Shown one piece after another: positions 43,853-53,687 of a stretch of DNA of 64,000 nucleotides (position 1 is the first letter of the stretch; the number at the start of each line of letters is the position of its first letter). The notes under the pieces were generated by a model. That model was not told the origin of the DNA. It worked only from the letters and a program-made list of their open reading frames with translations, and ran no database searches. The DNA is from Nostoc sp. DedSLP01 (GTDB lineage: Bacteria > Cyanobacteriota > Cyanobacteriia > Cyanobacteriales > Nostocaceae). A program made the position numbers and the translations under genes. Where the stretch lies: assembly GCA_034530875.2 (NCBI GenBank), contig JAVRCJ020000010.1:32001-96000 (forward strand). Reading direction: 5' to 3'.

Positions 43853-44995
43853 ATGAAAAATTTCAAAATTATGACATTAGGAGCATCAGGTGCAGGAAAA
43901 ACTGTATTCCTTGCCAGTATGTTCAAGGCATTATCAATTCAGAAAAACTCTAGTTTTAAGCTTAATGTTGAAGATTCACAAAAACGAAAATTACTAAACT
44001 CTACCTATACACAGATACTGACTGGAGATACTTGGCCTGCTGGAACAAAAGATATTTCTGAATGGACGTTTACTTGTCAAGTTCAAACAGAAGATCTTGA
44101 TAATTACAATGCTTGTCAATTCACTTACTTTGACTATGCTGGAGGTCGCCTAACTGATGTAGAGAAAGATCCTGACTTGGAAAAAGTTATACAAGAAGCT
44201 GATACGGTTTTAGGGTTACTAGATGGTCATAAAATATATGCTTGGCTGAATGATAGCGATCGACTACGAGCCAATACTTTTTTAAACACGGATTTACCTA
44301 GTATTCTCAACCGGATGCAGAACCTTAAAGTTCCAGTTCACTTTGTTATTACTAAATGGGATGTTCTCGATCGCAAGTTTACCCTATCTCAAATACGCGA
44401 AAAACTTCTCACTATTCCTGCTTTTGCACAATTAATCAAAACTCAAGGTGAAGCAGGTTCTATTGTCCGAATTATTCCAGTTAGTGCTATCGGTTTAGAA
44501 TTTGCTACTCTCCAACAAGATGGAAGTATGAAAAAGAATCCCGGTAAAATTCCCATTCCTTTTTTACTGGAAGTGCCTATATCCTGCGTTCTCCCAGATA
44601 AACTACAACAATTGCACAATGAAAAACAAGCACAAGAAAAACAACTAGAGCAACAAATTCAGAAAATGGAGGGTGGCAATATTCTGGTTAGTGCTTTGGT
44701 TGGTGGCTTAGATATTTTAGGTGTTGGGTTAGATGGAATCGGATTGATATTTGAGATAGATGAAAGTTTCCAAGTATACAGACTAATTGCTAAAACAGCA
44801 TCAATGTTTAATTCTTTGTTAAAGGGGGGGATAAAAGGAATTAATGAAAAAATCAGTAAAGCAGATCGAAAAAAGAAAGAGACTACTCTCAAATCCGTTC
44901 AAGACGAACAGTCTGCACTAATGCACGCAATCAATGTTTTTTATGAATTTGAGAAAGAGTTAATTGATAGTTTTCCAGAGTCGCAATTGGTTTAG
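43853..44995 (+). CDS. TRAFAC-like GTPase A with C-terminal coiled-coil/hydrophobic region
   Basis: G1 GASGAGKT, G2 WPAGT, G3 DYAG, G4 TKWD, G5-like PVSA. Confidence 0.85.
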   Translation: MKNFKIMTLGASGAGKTVFLASMFKALSIQKNSSFKLNVEDSQKRKLLNSTYTQILTGDTWPAGTKDISEWTFTCQVQTEDLDNYNACQFTYFDYAGGRLTDVEKDPDLEKVIQEADTVLGLLDGHKIYAWLNDSDRLRANTFLNTDLPSILNRMQNLKVPVHFVITKWDVLDRKFTLSQIREKLLTIPAFAQLIKTQGEAGSIVRIIPVSAIGLEFATLQQDGSMKKNPGKIPIPFLLEVPISCVLPDKLQQLHNEKQAQEKQLEQQIQKMEGGNILVSALVGGLDILGVGLDGIGLIFEIDESFQVYRLIAKTASMFNSLLKGGIKGINEKISKADRKKKETTLKSVQDEQSALMHAINVFYEFEKELIDSFPESQLV

Positions 44996-45025
44996 GCATA
45001 TATTAATAAATCCTCTAGAGTTGCA

Positions 45026-46120
45026 ATGAATAATTACAGTATTATTACTCTCGGCTCGTCTGGTTCTGGCAAAACCATCTTCTTAGCCAGCCTTTTCAAG
45101 GTATTTTCAATACAAGGAAAATTTGGCTTTTCCTTAGATACTCAAGACAGAACTAAAAGAATAACTTTGAATAAAATTTATCACGATTTGACTACAGGAG
45201 AAGAATGGCCTTCAGGTACGAAAAATATTTCTGAATGGGTATTTACTGGCTATGTAAACAACTCAGAAATATCTAAAATCCCAGCTTTCAAGATTACCTA
45301 TATTGATTATAAAGGAGGTCTAATCACAGACCAAGAATCATCAGAAAGTGAAAAAGAGTATGGTGGTTATAATGATTTGGAAACATACGTTAAAGAAGCT
45401 GATGCAGTTTTAGGAATTTTAGATGGGCAAAAGCTACTTTATTTTATGCAGGATCTAACTAGTAACGTTGTTTTAAGATGGCTAAATCAAGACCTACCAG
45501 CTCTCATGCAAATAGTCGATAAATGCAATAAATATATTCCCGTTCATTTTATTATTACCAAGTGGGATTTACTTGAAGGCAGTTACTCTCTAGCAGATGT
45601 AAAAAACCGTTTGTTAGATAAAGTTCCTGAATTTCATAACGTAGTTGAAAATCGGATAAAAGTAGGTTGTCCGGTACGTTTGATTCCTGTCAGTTCTCTA
45701 GGTAAGGGTTTTGCAGTCTTACAATCTAACGGACAGATGAAGAAGGTTTCAGCTAATCCACCACATCCAATCAATGTAGAGTTTCCCCTTGCTTTTGCTT
45801 TGACAGATAAGTTACAAAATCAACCTGGCGCTTCCAAACAAAAGCCTTTCAAATTAATAGTGTGGGATTGGGTTATTATTGGAATTTGTCTTTTTCTCCT
45901 TATACCTACTGCCGGATCTGTATTATTTATTGCTCTGGTTTATTTTGGGTTCCGCCTATTAAAAAATCGTAGCAAAAATACCCAAAAATCAAGTCAAATT
46001 TTACAGAGCGAAGATGCATTTGAACAAATTCTGAGCAAATGTCAGGAAATACAGAGACAATTCAACGCTGATTTCCCTGACTCCGATCTTACTAAAAAGC
46101 CCTCTTTGAAATTTAGGTAA
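45026..46120 (+). CDS. TRAFAC-like GTPase B with C-terminal transmembrane hairpin
   Basis: G1 GSSGSGKT, G2 WPSGT, G3 DYKG, G4 TKWD, PVSS; hydrophobic WVIIGICLFLLIPTAGSVLFIALVYFGF. Confidence 0.85.
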   Translation: MNNYSIITLGSSGSGKTIFLASLFKVFSIQGKFGFSLDTQDRTKRITLNKIYHDLTTGEEWPSGTKNISEWVFTGYVNNSEISKIPAFKITYIDYKGGLITDQESSESEKEYGGYNDLETYVKEADAVLGILDGQKLLYFMQDLTSNVVLRWLNQDLPALMQIVDKCNKYIPVHFIITKWDLLEGSYSLADVKNRLLDKVPEFHNVVENRIKVGCPVRLIPVSSLGKGFAVLQSNGQMKKVSANPPHPINVEFPLAFALTDKLQNQPGASKQKPFKLIVWDWVIIGICLFLLIPTAGSVLFIALVYFGFRLLKNRSKNTQKSSQILQSEDAFEQILSKCQEIQRQFNADFPDSDLTKKPSLKFR

Positions 46121-46128
46121 TAGGTATT

Positions 46129-47187
46129 ATGAGAATTCAAGCTTGGACTTTTCTCATTAGCCGAAATCAGTCAATTGACTACAAAACTATAGTCGCACCT
46201 GATTTCATTTCCGAAGCTAAAATTCGCAGTTCGCTTACTAAAGCTACAGAAGAAGATTTTCTTGAAAGTGGGCGAATAAGTATTCGTGAGGTAAAGGGAT
46301 CTGAAGTTGGCAACTTTACTGTTGTTTTTCGTTCGGTTAAAGCCAGAAGCAAGGACATAGGAGAGGAAGGAAATGAAGTCCTAAGAGATCCATTTGGAAG
46401 AGAAATTTATTGGGTGGAGGGGCTAGTTTTTCGGAAAAATTTGCCGGAAATTCAGTATAAAGTCGGAGAAACTCATCTCAATCAAGCGCATCAAGAGCTA
46501 CAAGACAAGTATCGTGAATTTTGGTATGAAGATAAGCTTAGTATTTCTGATGTTGATTGGATAGAACTTACATCTGAGCCAGGCAATAAGTCTAGAGTAC
46601 TAGAACCATTGACGATTAGGCTAAAACCTCAATTACCAGAACATCGATCATCAGAAGAACAAAAAATTAAAAATTCTAAATATGTTCTCAGCAAATTTGG
46701 GAGAAACACAACAAGTTTATTTAAATTTGTTTTGATTACAATTACAGGATTATTATTCTTGACTGGGATACTTTGGAAAGTGTGGTCGAACTCGCAATTG
46801 CCAAGTATATGCCTGTACAAGACTCAAGATGTACCAATTCAATTTAATCGGCAAAATCAAAACCCTTCATCACCAGAAGTGTTATTTGGAATTGAGAAAC
46901 TTAAAAAATTGAAACAAGAACATGAAACAGCTTGGATATGGCTCAACGGTTATTTGGAGGTAGAAAATGATTTTGCTAATCGGATTCAAAATGAAGTAGA
47001 CAAACACAAAAAAATTAAAGGTATCACAATAGTTCGAGATGAAAAGATCCAGTCAAGATTAAATATAAATAATCACCCGATTGGCTTGGCGATCGCTCTA
47101 CTTGAAAATAAAAAAGTTGCTAACGGTAAACTTGATGCAACAATCATTGAACCGATTTCGCAAAAAGCATCGTCGTGTAATTTGTAA
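46129..47187 (+). CDS. Membrane-anchored GTPase-associated protein (possible GAP1-like N-terminal domain)
   Basis: Starts 8 nt after GTPase B; D--GR motif (RDPFGREIYWVEG); single transmembrane helix FVLITITGLLFLTGILW. Confidence 0.65.
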   Translation: MRIQAWTFLISRNQSIDYKTIVAPDFISEAKIRSSLTKATEEDFLESGRISIREVKGSEVGNFTVVFRSVKARSKDIGEEGNEVLRDPFGREIYWVEGLVFRKNLPEIQYKVGETHLNQAHQELQDKYREFWYEDKLSISDVDWIELTSEPGNKSRVLEPLTIRLKPQLPEHRSSEEQKIKNSKYVLSKFGRNTTSLFKFVLITITGLLFLTGILWKVWSNSQLPSICLYKTQDVPIQFNRQNQNPSSPEVLFGIEKLKKLKQEHETAWIWLNGYLEVENDFANRIQNEVDKHKKIKGITIVRDEKIQSRLNINNHPIGLAIALLENKKVANGKLDATIIEPISQKASSCNL

Positions 47188-47200
47188 TTGAGGCTAAAGG

Positions 47201-47235
47201 GAGGAGAGAGGCTGCGGTTGACAGCCTCTCTCCTC
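47201..47235. terminator. Strong hairpin closing the GTPase operon
   Basis: Perfect 14-bp stem GAGGAGAGAGGCTG/CAGCCTCTCTCCTC; no long T-run. Confidence 0.65.
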
Positions 47236-47426
47236 ATAACGATTATCATTGTTGTTTATTGTATATTTTATTGTAAATCCGAGGGTTTAATACCCCTACG
47301 TCTACACGTAGCATATTTTCAGTCGGGGTTTAAATCCAAGGGTTGAAAATGTCTTGAATTTTGAATTTTGTTACCGAGTCTACGAGCGTCATTTTGAATT
47401 TTGAATTGTTAATTCTTGCAAGTCCC

Positions 47427-49550
47427 TCACCTTTGGGACGTCTCATTTGCACAAACCATTCCTTTGGGAAGACTCAGGAGAATAGTCTGCTGGGGCGAAA
47501 GATTAATTTGATAAATCTCTTTTCCAGGTAGTTGCTGAAGCTTTGGAGAGTTCTTTTTCTCTATACCTGTTTTCTCAATTTTGTTGCTTCCCACAACCGG
47601 AGTTTTTTCAGCCTCTTGTAGGTTAGGATAACGGCTGACTTTTACCCCGTCATTACCAGAGGAGAATCCACGATCCTCTGTATTTTCTTCTTTGTTAGCA
47701 ATTGTTAATAAGGAGATATCAATCAAAGGTAAGGTAATCTTCACTGTTGTACCTCGATTGAGTCCTAGACTCTCAAGAGTGATGCTACCTCCCATGAGTT
47801 CGATTAGGTTGCGTGAAATTGCTAGTCCTAGTCCAGTGCCTTCATACTGGCGTGTAGTTGTACCATTCACCATCACAAAAGGACGAAATAGTTTGTGCTG
47901 TTGAGTCGGATCGATGCCTATGCCTGTATCTTTGATAGTAACTACTACCTGAGGTTTACCGCTGTACTCAATGTCTGTAGTAACGGTAATACTTCCTGCA
48001 TCAGTGAACTTAGTCGCGTTACCGATAATATTAATTAATACTTGCTTGAGTTTTGCTGCGTCTGCATTAATCGGTATCGGTTTATTATCTAACTCGCATT
48101 TCAATTGCAAGCCTTTTTGTTGAACGTTAACTGATTGGATATTAATTACCTCCAGCAATAGTTTTCGGAGATCAATAGGTACTGTGACTACTGAAAGTTT
48201 ACCTGCTTCGATTTTAGAAATGTCGAGTAAATCATTAATAATTCCTAGCAAATGAATTGCTGTTTCATCTGCACGTTTGAGAAAATCTGCTTCTTCTTCT
48301 CGGTCGTCACATAAGCCATCTGCAACTAAGCGAATGCAGTTAATAATAATATTTAATGGATTTCTTAATTCATGGGAAGTTGTAGCTAGAAACTGACTTT
48401 TAACTTGGTTAGCACTTTTTGCTTCTTTCCAAGCCATTTCTAGTTCTTCTGCCCCAGCTTTGAGTCGTTCCACCATTTGGTCTAGTGCTTGGGCTAGTTG
48501 ATCGAATTCTCGGATTTTGAAGTTACGGGGAACTGGTTGTGCGGCGTGGTGAGAGTGAATATTTAGAGCGTAGTCTCGTAATTGTTCTACAGGGCCCGCT
48601 AGGTAAGGAGCTAGATAAAAAGATGCTAATAAACTGGCACCAATTAAACCAACTGTTAAAACGATGAGGATGAGTTTGATTTCCTCTAAACCAAAAAGCG
48701 CATTATCAACAGTTGTAACAGCTAAGATCGCCCATTTTTGGTGTTGTTGTTGGCTGAGGGGATTGGCTATTGCTGTATAGCCAGCTAGTAATTCTTGTCC
48801 TTCAAAAGATAAATTAATCGAATCGTTGCGTCCGGTAACTGCATTTTTAATTATGGTTTTGAGTTGGGAAGCATTTGGATGCTGCTCGATATTAGTTCCC
48901 ACCCAACCGGTCAACGGATGTGCCAAAATTGTGCCATCTTCAGCGATCGCTACCATAGCCCCTGTAAGCGATCCCGGGCGATTTATCGTTTTTTGGTATA
49001 TTGCTGACTTAATACTTAAGCTGTAAGCTAAATTTCCTTGGCGATCGTAAACCGGCGCTGTTAATACTAATTGCAGTTGATTTTGTGCGTTTTTGTTACC
49101 AGTGATTCCTGCGTTTGGCGGAAAAACTGCTTTAACATCAATTTTGTCACTAGGCAAAGGTAACCTTAATTCTCCAATTGGTTCATCGCCGCAATCGCTA
49201 GCAATTACCTTCTGATTGAGGAGATTTGTTAACTGGATGCACTCAATACTCGTTGGTAACTGTTGCCTTAGCTCTCTAAGAATTTCTTTTTCTTCTATAG
49301 GCAGATTTGAGGGAATTATTGTTGTTTTACTGACACTCAGCAAATGAGCTTTAAGCAAAGCGATCGCATCTACAGTTTTCTCAGCTTTACTAATAGCGCT
49401 TTCGGTTAAATTTTGGCGCGCAGTTAACAATAGGCTAGAACGTGCCTTATTTAAAGCCACAATTTCACCTACCAGTAAAACTGGCACAAAAAGAATCAAT
49501 ATTCTTGTTACTAAAATTCGACGAAAGGACGATTGATGGGAATTATTCAT
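47427..49550 (-). CDS. Membrane sensor histidine kinase (Cache-like, HAMP, HisKA, HATPase)
   Basis: Two transmembrane helices; SHELRNPL, NATKFT, DTGIG, GTGLGL; ATG at 49550 preferred. Confidence 0.92.
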   Translation of the reverse strand: MNNSHQSSFRRILVTRILILFVPVLLVGEIVALNKARSSLLLTARQNLTESAISKAEKTVDAIALLKAHLLSVSKTTIIPSNLPIEEKEILRELRQQLPTSIECIQLTNLLNQKVIASDCGDEPIGELRLPLPSDKIDVKAVFPPNAGITGNKNAQNQLQLVLTAPVYDRQGNLAYSLSIKSAIYQKTINRPGSLTGAMVAIAEDGTILAHPLTGWVGTNIEQHPNASQLKTIIKNAVTGRNDSINLSFEGQELLAGYTAIANPLSQQQHQKWAILAVTTVDNALFGLEEIKLILIVLTVGLIGASLLASFYLAPYLAGPVEQLRDYALNIHSHHAAQPVPRNFKIREFDQLAQALDQMVERLKAGAEELEMAWKEAKSANQVKSQFLATTSHELRNPLNIIINCIRLVADGLCDDREEEADFLKRADETAIHLLGIINDLLDISKIEAGKLSVVTVPIDLRKLLLEVINIQSVNVQQKGLQLKCELDNKPIPINADAAKLKQVLINIIGNATKFTDAGSITVTTDIEYSGKPQVVVTIKDTGIGIDPTQQHKLFRPFVMVNGTTTRQYEGTGLGLAISRNLIELMGGSITLESLGLNRGTTVKITLPLIDISLLTIANKEENTEDRGFSSGNDGVKVSRYPNLQEAEKTPVVGSNKIEKTGIEKKNSPKLQQLPGKEIYQINLSPQQTILLSLPKGMVCANETSQR

Positions 49551-49826
49551 CGAGTGTCTCACTTTGCATCTGCAAACCATAAAAGCAAAGATATGCAACT
49601 TAGACCAGCTAAATGAGACATTTTGTTATGTTACCATCACTTGATGTTCAATGTTTAAAAATAACAAATTGTTATAGTAGAAAAAGAAATGTAGAATACC
49701 AAAATTCATATACCTTAGATTTAAAAAAGATTTGTGTTCCATATCAATAAATTGTGAAACAACAGCTTGCAGGCATGGATTTTTTGATATCTACAGACTA
49801 GCAAGCAAAACTATAAAACTCATCCA

Positions 49827-50648
49827 ATGCTGCAACATCGTCCTCATACTACAGTTGTTTTAGCAATGAGTGCAGATGGCAAGATAGCCGATTTTAGGCG
49901 ATCGGCTGCGAGATTTGGTTCCAGGGCTGACAAAGCACACTTAGAAAAACAAATCGCTGCCTCTGATGCCGTTTTATTCGGTGCTGGTACTCTCGCCGTC
50001 TACGGTACTACACTTACCGTATCAGATCCAACTTTACTGCAACAACGGGCACAAGGGGTTAAACCCTCTCAACCAGTTCATATAGTGATTACACAGTCTG
50101 GAAACCTCAATCCGGAAATTCACTTTTTTAAGCAATCAGTTGAACGCTGGTTACTCACAACAACAGCGGGAGCAGTTTCTTGGCACAAACGCCAAGAGCT
50201 ACTTCCACAGCACTTACCTCAAGAGAGGCAAGTCGCAGACAGCAGTGATTCTACAAAAACGTCGCAGTTGCAACAGCTTTCCGAACCAGAGCAAAATAGC
50301 GCCTCTAAAACCTCTGCACAGGATTTGACTCCAGAATTTAAGCAGATTATGGTTTTTGAAACACCAACGGGAGAAATTGACATTCCCGCTGCATTCAAGC
50401 ATCTAGCCACTCTACATATAACACGCTTAGTGGTTTTGGGTGGCGGTAAATTAGTGGCTTCCTTGCTGGAATTAGATTTAATCGATGAACTATGGTTGAC
50501 TGTTTGTCCGCTGATTTTAGGTGGTAGTACCGCCCCTACACCCGTAGACGGACATGGTTTTATACCACATTTAGCTCCTAAATTGCAACTTCTAGAAGTG
50601 CAAAAAATCGAGGAAGAAGTATTTTTACACTACCGCCTGCAACGATAA
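49827..50648 (+). CDS. RibD C-terminal reductase-domain protein
   Basis: AMSADGKI, DAVLFGAGT, GGGKL, IDELWLTVCPLILGG. Confidence 0.88.
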   Translation: MLQHRPHTTVVLAMSADGKIADFRRSAARFGSRADKAHLEKQIAASDAVLFGAGTLAVYGTTLTVSDPTLLQQRAQGVKPSQPVHIVITQSGNLNPEIHFFKQSVERWLLTTTAGAVSWHKRQELLPQHLPQERQVADSSDSTKTSQLQQLSEPEQNSASKTSAQDLTPEFKQIMVFETPTGEIDIPAAFKHLATLHITRLVVLGGGKLVASLLELDLIDELWLTVCPLILGGSTAPTPVDGHGFIPHLAPKLQLLEVQKIEEEVFLHYRLQR

Positions 50649-50669
50649 CCTTTCTTAGATTAGGCTAAG

Positions 50670-50861
50670 TAAGGGATTGGGGACTCGGGAGATGGGGAGT
50701 GTGGGGAGTGTGGGGAGTGTGGGGAGATGAGGAGATGGGGAAGTGTGGGAAGTGTGGGGGGAAAGATTTCTTCCCCATCCTCCCACACCTCCCACCCCTC
50801 CCACACCTCCCACACTCCCTGGTTGCCAATGCCCCATACCCAGTCCCCAATCCCCAGTCCC
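50670..50861. repeat. Composite STRR palindrome, second copy
   Basis: GTGGGGAGT nonamers and inverse CTCCCACAC nonamers around core GGAAAGATTTCTTCCCC; heptamer outer arms. Confidence 0.8.
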
Positions 50862-50876
50862 TTAACATCCGACACA

Positions 50877-52061
50877 ATGGTGGAACAACTCAAGCCCCGC
50901 TATTCAGTCCTTTGGACGAATAAAATCGCCGAAGTACCTCCAAATGCCTGGAATGCTTTGGCAGTGCCACTTAAAACACCTTTTTTAGAGTGGGAGTGGC
51001 TGAACAATCTGGAAACTTCCCAAAGTGCGACGATTAAAAGTGGTTGGTTGCCAAATCATTTGACATTGTGGCGAGACAGAACTCTGATTGCTGCTGCCCC
51101 ACTTTATCTGAAAGGAAATAGTTCTGGTGAATTTGTCTTCGATCATCAATGGGCAGAGTTAAGCGATCGCATTGGCATACGGTATTATCCTAAAATGCTT
51201 GGAATGACGCCATTTACCCCTGCTGAAGGCTATCGGTTTTTAATTGCCCCAGGAGAAGATGAGGACGAAATTACAGCAATCATGGTGCATGAAATTGATA
51301 CTTTCTGTGCTAAAAATCGAATTTCTGGCTGTCATTTTCTCTTCGTCGATCCCCAATGGCGTCCCGTGTTAGAACGGCATGGTTTTACGAGTTGGCTGCA
51401 CCACAGCTTCATCTGGGAAAATTCTGGTTTTAAAACTTTTGATGACTACTTACAAGTATTTAATGCCAATCAACGCCGCAACATTAAGCGGGAACGTAAA
51501 GCTGTGGAAAAGGCTGGTTTGCGATTGCAACCATTCACTGGCGATGAAATTCCTCAGTTTTGCTTTCGTTTGATGTATGACTTTTATAGTGACACTTGTG
51601 ATAAATTCGGCTGGTGGGGTAGTAGGTACTTGACACAGCGGTTTTTTGAACAGCTAGAGAGTGATTATCGCCATCGAGTTTTGTTTTTTGCAGCATATAG
51701 TCAGGACGATAATTCTTATCCTTTAGGAATGTCCTTTTGTTTATTTAAAGATGACAAACTCTATGGACGGTATTGGGGTAGCTTTCAAGATATAGATTGC
51801 TTGCATTTCGATGCTTGCTATTATGCACCGATTGAGTGGGCGATCGCTAACAATATCGCAATTTTCGATCCCGGTGCTGGTGGACGCCACAAAAAACGGC
51901 GCGGTTTTCCCGCTATGCCCAATCATAGTCTGCACCGCTTTTACAATAATCGTTTGGGGCAAATTTTGCGCTCTTATATTAAAGAAGTAAATCAACTTGA
52001 ACAAAAAGAAATTGAGGCAATTAATGCAGAGTTACCATTTAATTCAAACCGCGATTTATAG
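50877..52061 (+). CDS. GNAT/FemAB-like protein (DUF482 type)
   Basis: PLYLK--S-GEFVFDHQWA, PFTP, LYGRYWG, LHFDACYY, GAGGRHK--RGF. Confidence 0.9.
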   Translation: MVEQLKPRYSVLWTNKIAEVPPNAWNALAVPLKTPFLEWEWLNNLETSQSATIKSGWLPNHLTLWRDRTLIAAAPLYLKGNSSGEFVFDHQWAELSDRIGIRYYPKMLGMTPFTPAEGYRFLIAPGEDEDEITAIMVHEIDTFCAKNRISGCHFLFVDPQWRPVLERHGFTSWLHHSFIWENSGFKTFDDYLQVFNANQRRNIKRERKAVEKAGLRLQPFTGDEIPQFCFRLMYDFYSDTCDKFGWWGSRYLTQRFFEQLESDYRHRVLFFAAYSQDDNSYPLGMSFCLFKDDKLYGRYWGSFQDIDCLHFDACYYAPIEWAIANNIAIFDPGAGGRHKKRRGFPAMPNHSLHRFYNNRLGQILRSYIKEVNQLEQKEIEAINAELPFNSNRDL

Positions 52062-52088
52062 CCCAATACGCTTGGGTTAACGAAATTT

Positions 52089-52199
52089 GGCATTGCTGAA
52101 TTGAAGTATGAAATTTAATAACTCAATATCTCAAACTCTTGCTCTCTGCGTCTGTGCGTCTGTGCGTGAATTAAATTCATACCTGGATTCAGCAACGCC
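52089..52199. mobile_element. MITE with 24-bp inverted ends and 8-bp target-site duplication
   Basis: GGCATTGCTGAATTGAAGTATGAA...TTCATACCTGGATTCAGCAACGCC flanked by CGAAATTT at 52081-52088 and 52200-52207. Confidence 0.88.
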
Positions 52200-52490
52200 C
52201 GAAATTTATCTGTTTAAGCAGGCAGGGGAGGCAGGGGGAGAAAGACACTTTCATTCAAGGCTTGTGTAAACTTGTTTCATTGGGACTGCCTGATTCTGAG
52301 TTTTATTCTATCTTCTACCTTTTTGTAAAAACCTGCCCTTGAAAGTTGCCCCCTACCTCCACAGCGATGGGATATTTTTTTAGTTGGAAGCCCCAGAAGC
52401 TTGCGTTAGTTAGATTTTATCGAAACAATATTCAGATGTTCCCTAAATCACCATAAGATAATTAGCGCGGTATTCATTGAGGAACATTAA

Positions 52491-53237
<747 letters not shown>

Positions 53238-53687
53238 AGAGTACTCAAGGGAACGGGAAACAGAAGGCAGAAAAACAAGCTTATCTGAACTCAAACCCTT
53301 GTCATATCTAGTTTTCTGAATGTGTAAATTTTGAATTGGTATTAGGTGGGTAGGGTACGGCAACGTTCCCTACGCAAAGTCTCTAGATATAACAGTTTTG
53401 GCTTGGTATCATCTTTGGTGCGATCGCCTAAACCTCTAGCTTGCTCTGGAAAGCTGTTTGTGTCATACTTACTTAAAAGTACATATTCCGACCAACTTTT
53501 AGTATTATTCCTCGCGATCGCTAGGAAGTTGGAGTTCGAGGTTAGGAACTGACGAACCGAGGAAAGCAAGATTTAAAGTAGAAATAGTTGCGATCGCTTA
53601 ATTTTTGATAGAAGCACCTCAAGGAAAGCAGGACGAGTGTCTGGTCGTCTTTAAAGTATTTAAGTTTACCTTGAAAAGGAGTACATT

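Noticed and set aside
50655..50923. Several short overlapping ORFs and the N-terminal extension of the GNAT ORF (50727-50876)
   Set aside because: These are translations of STRR repeats; the real start is probably ATG 50877
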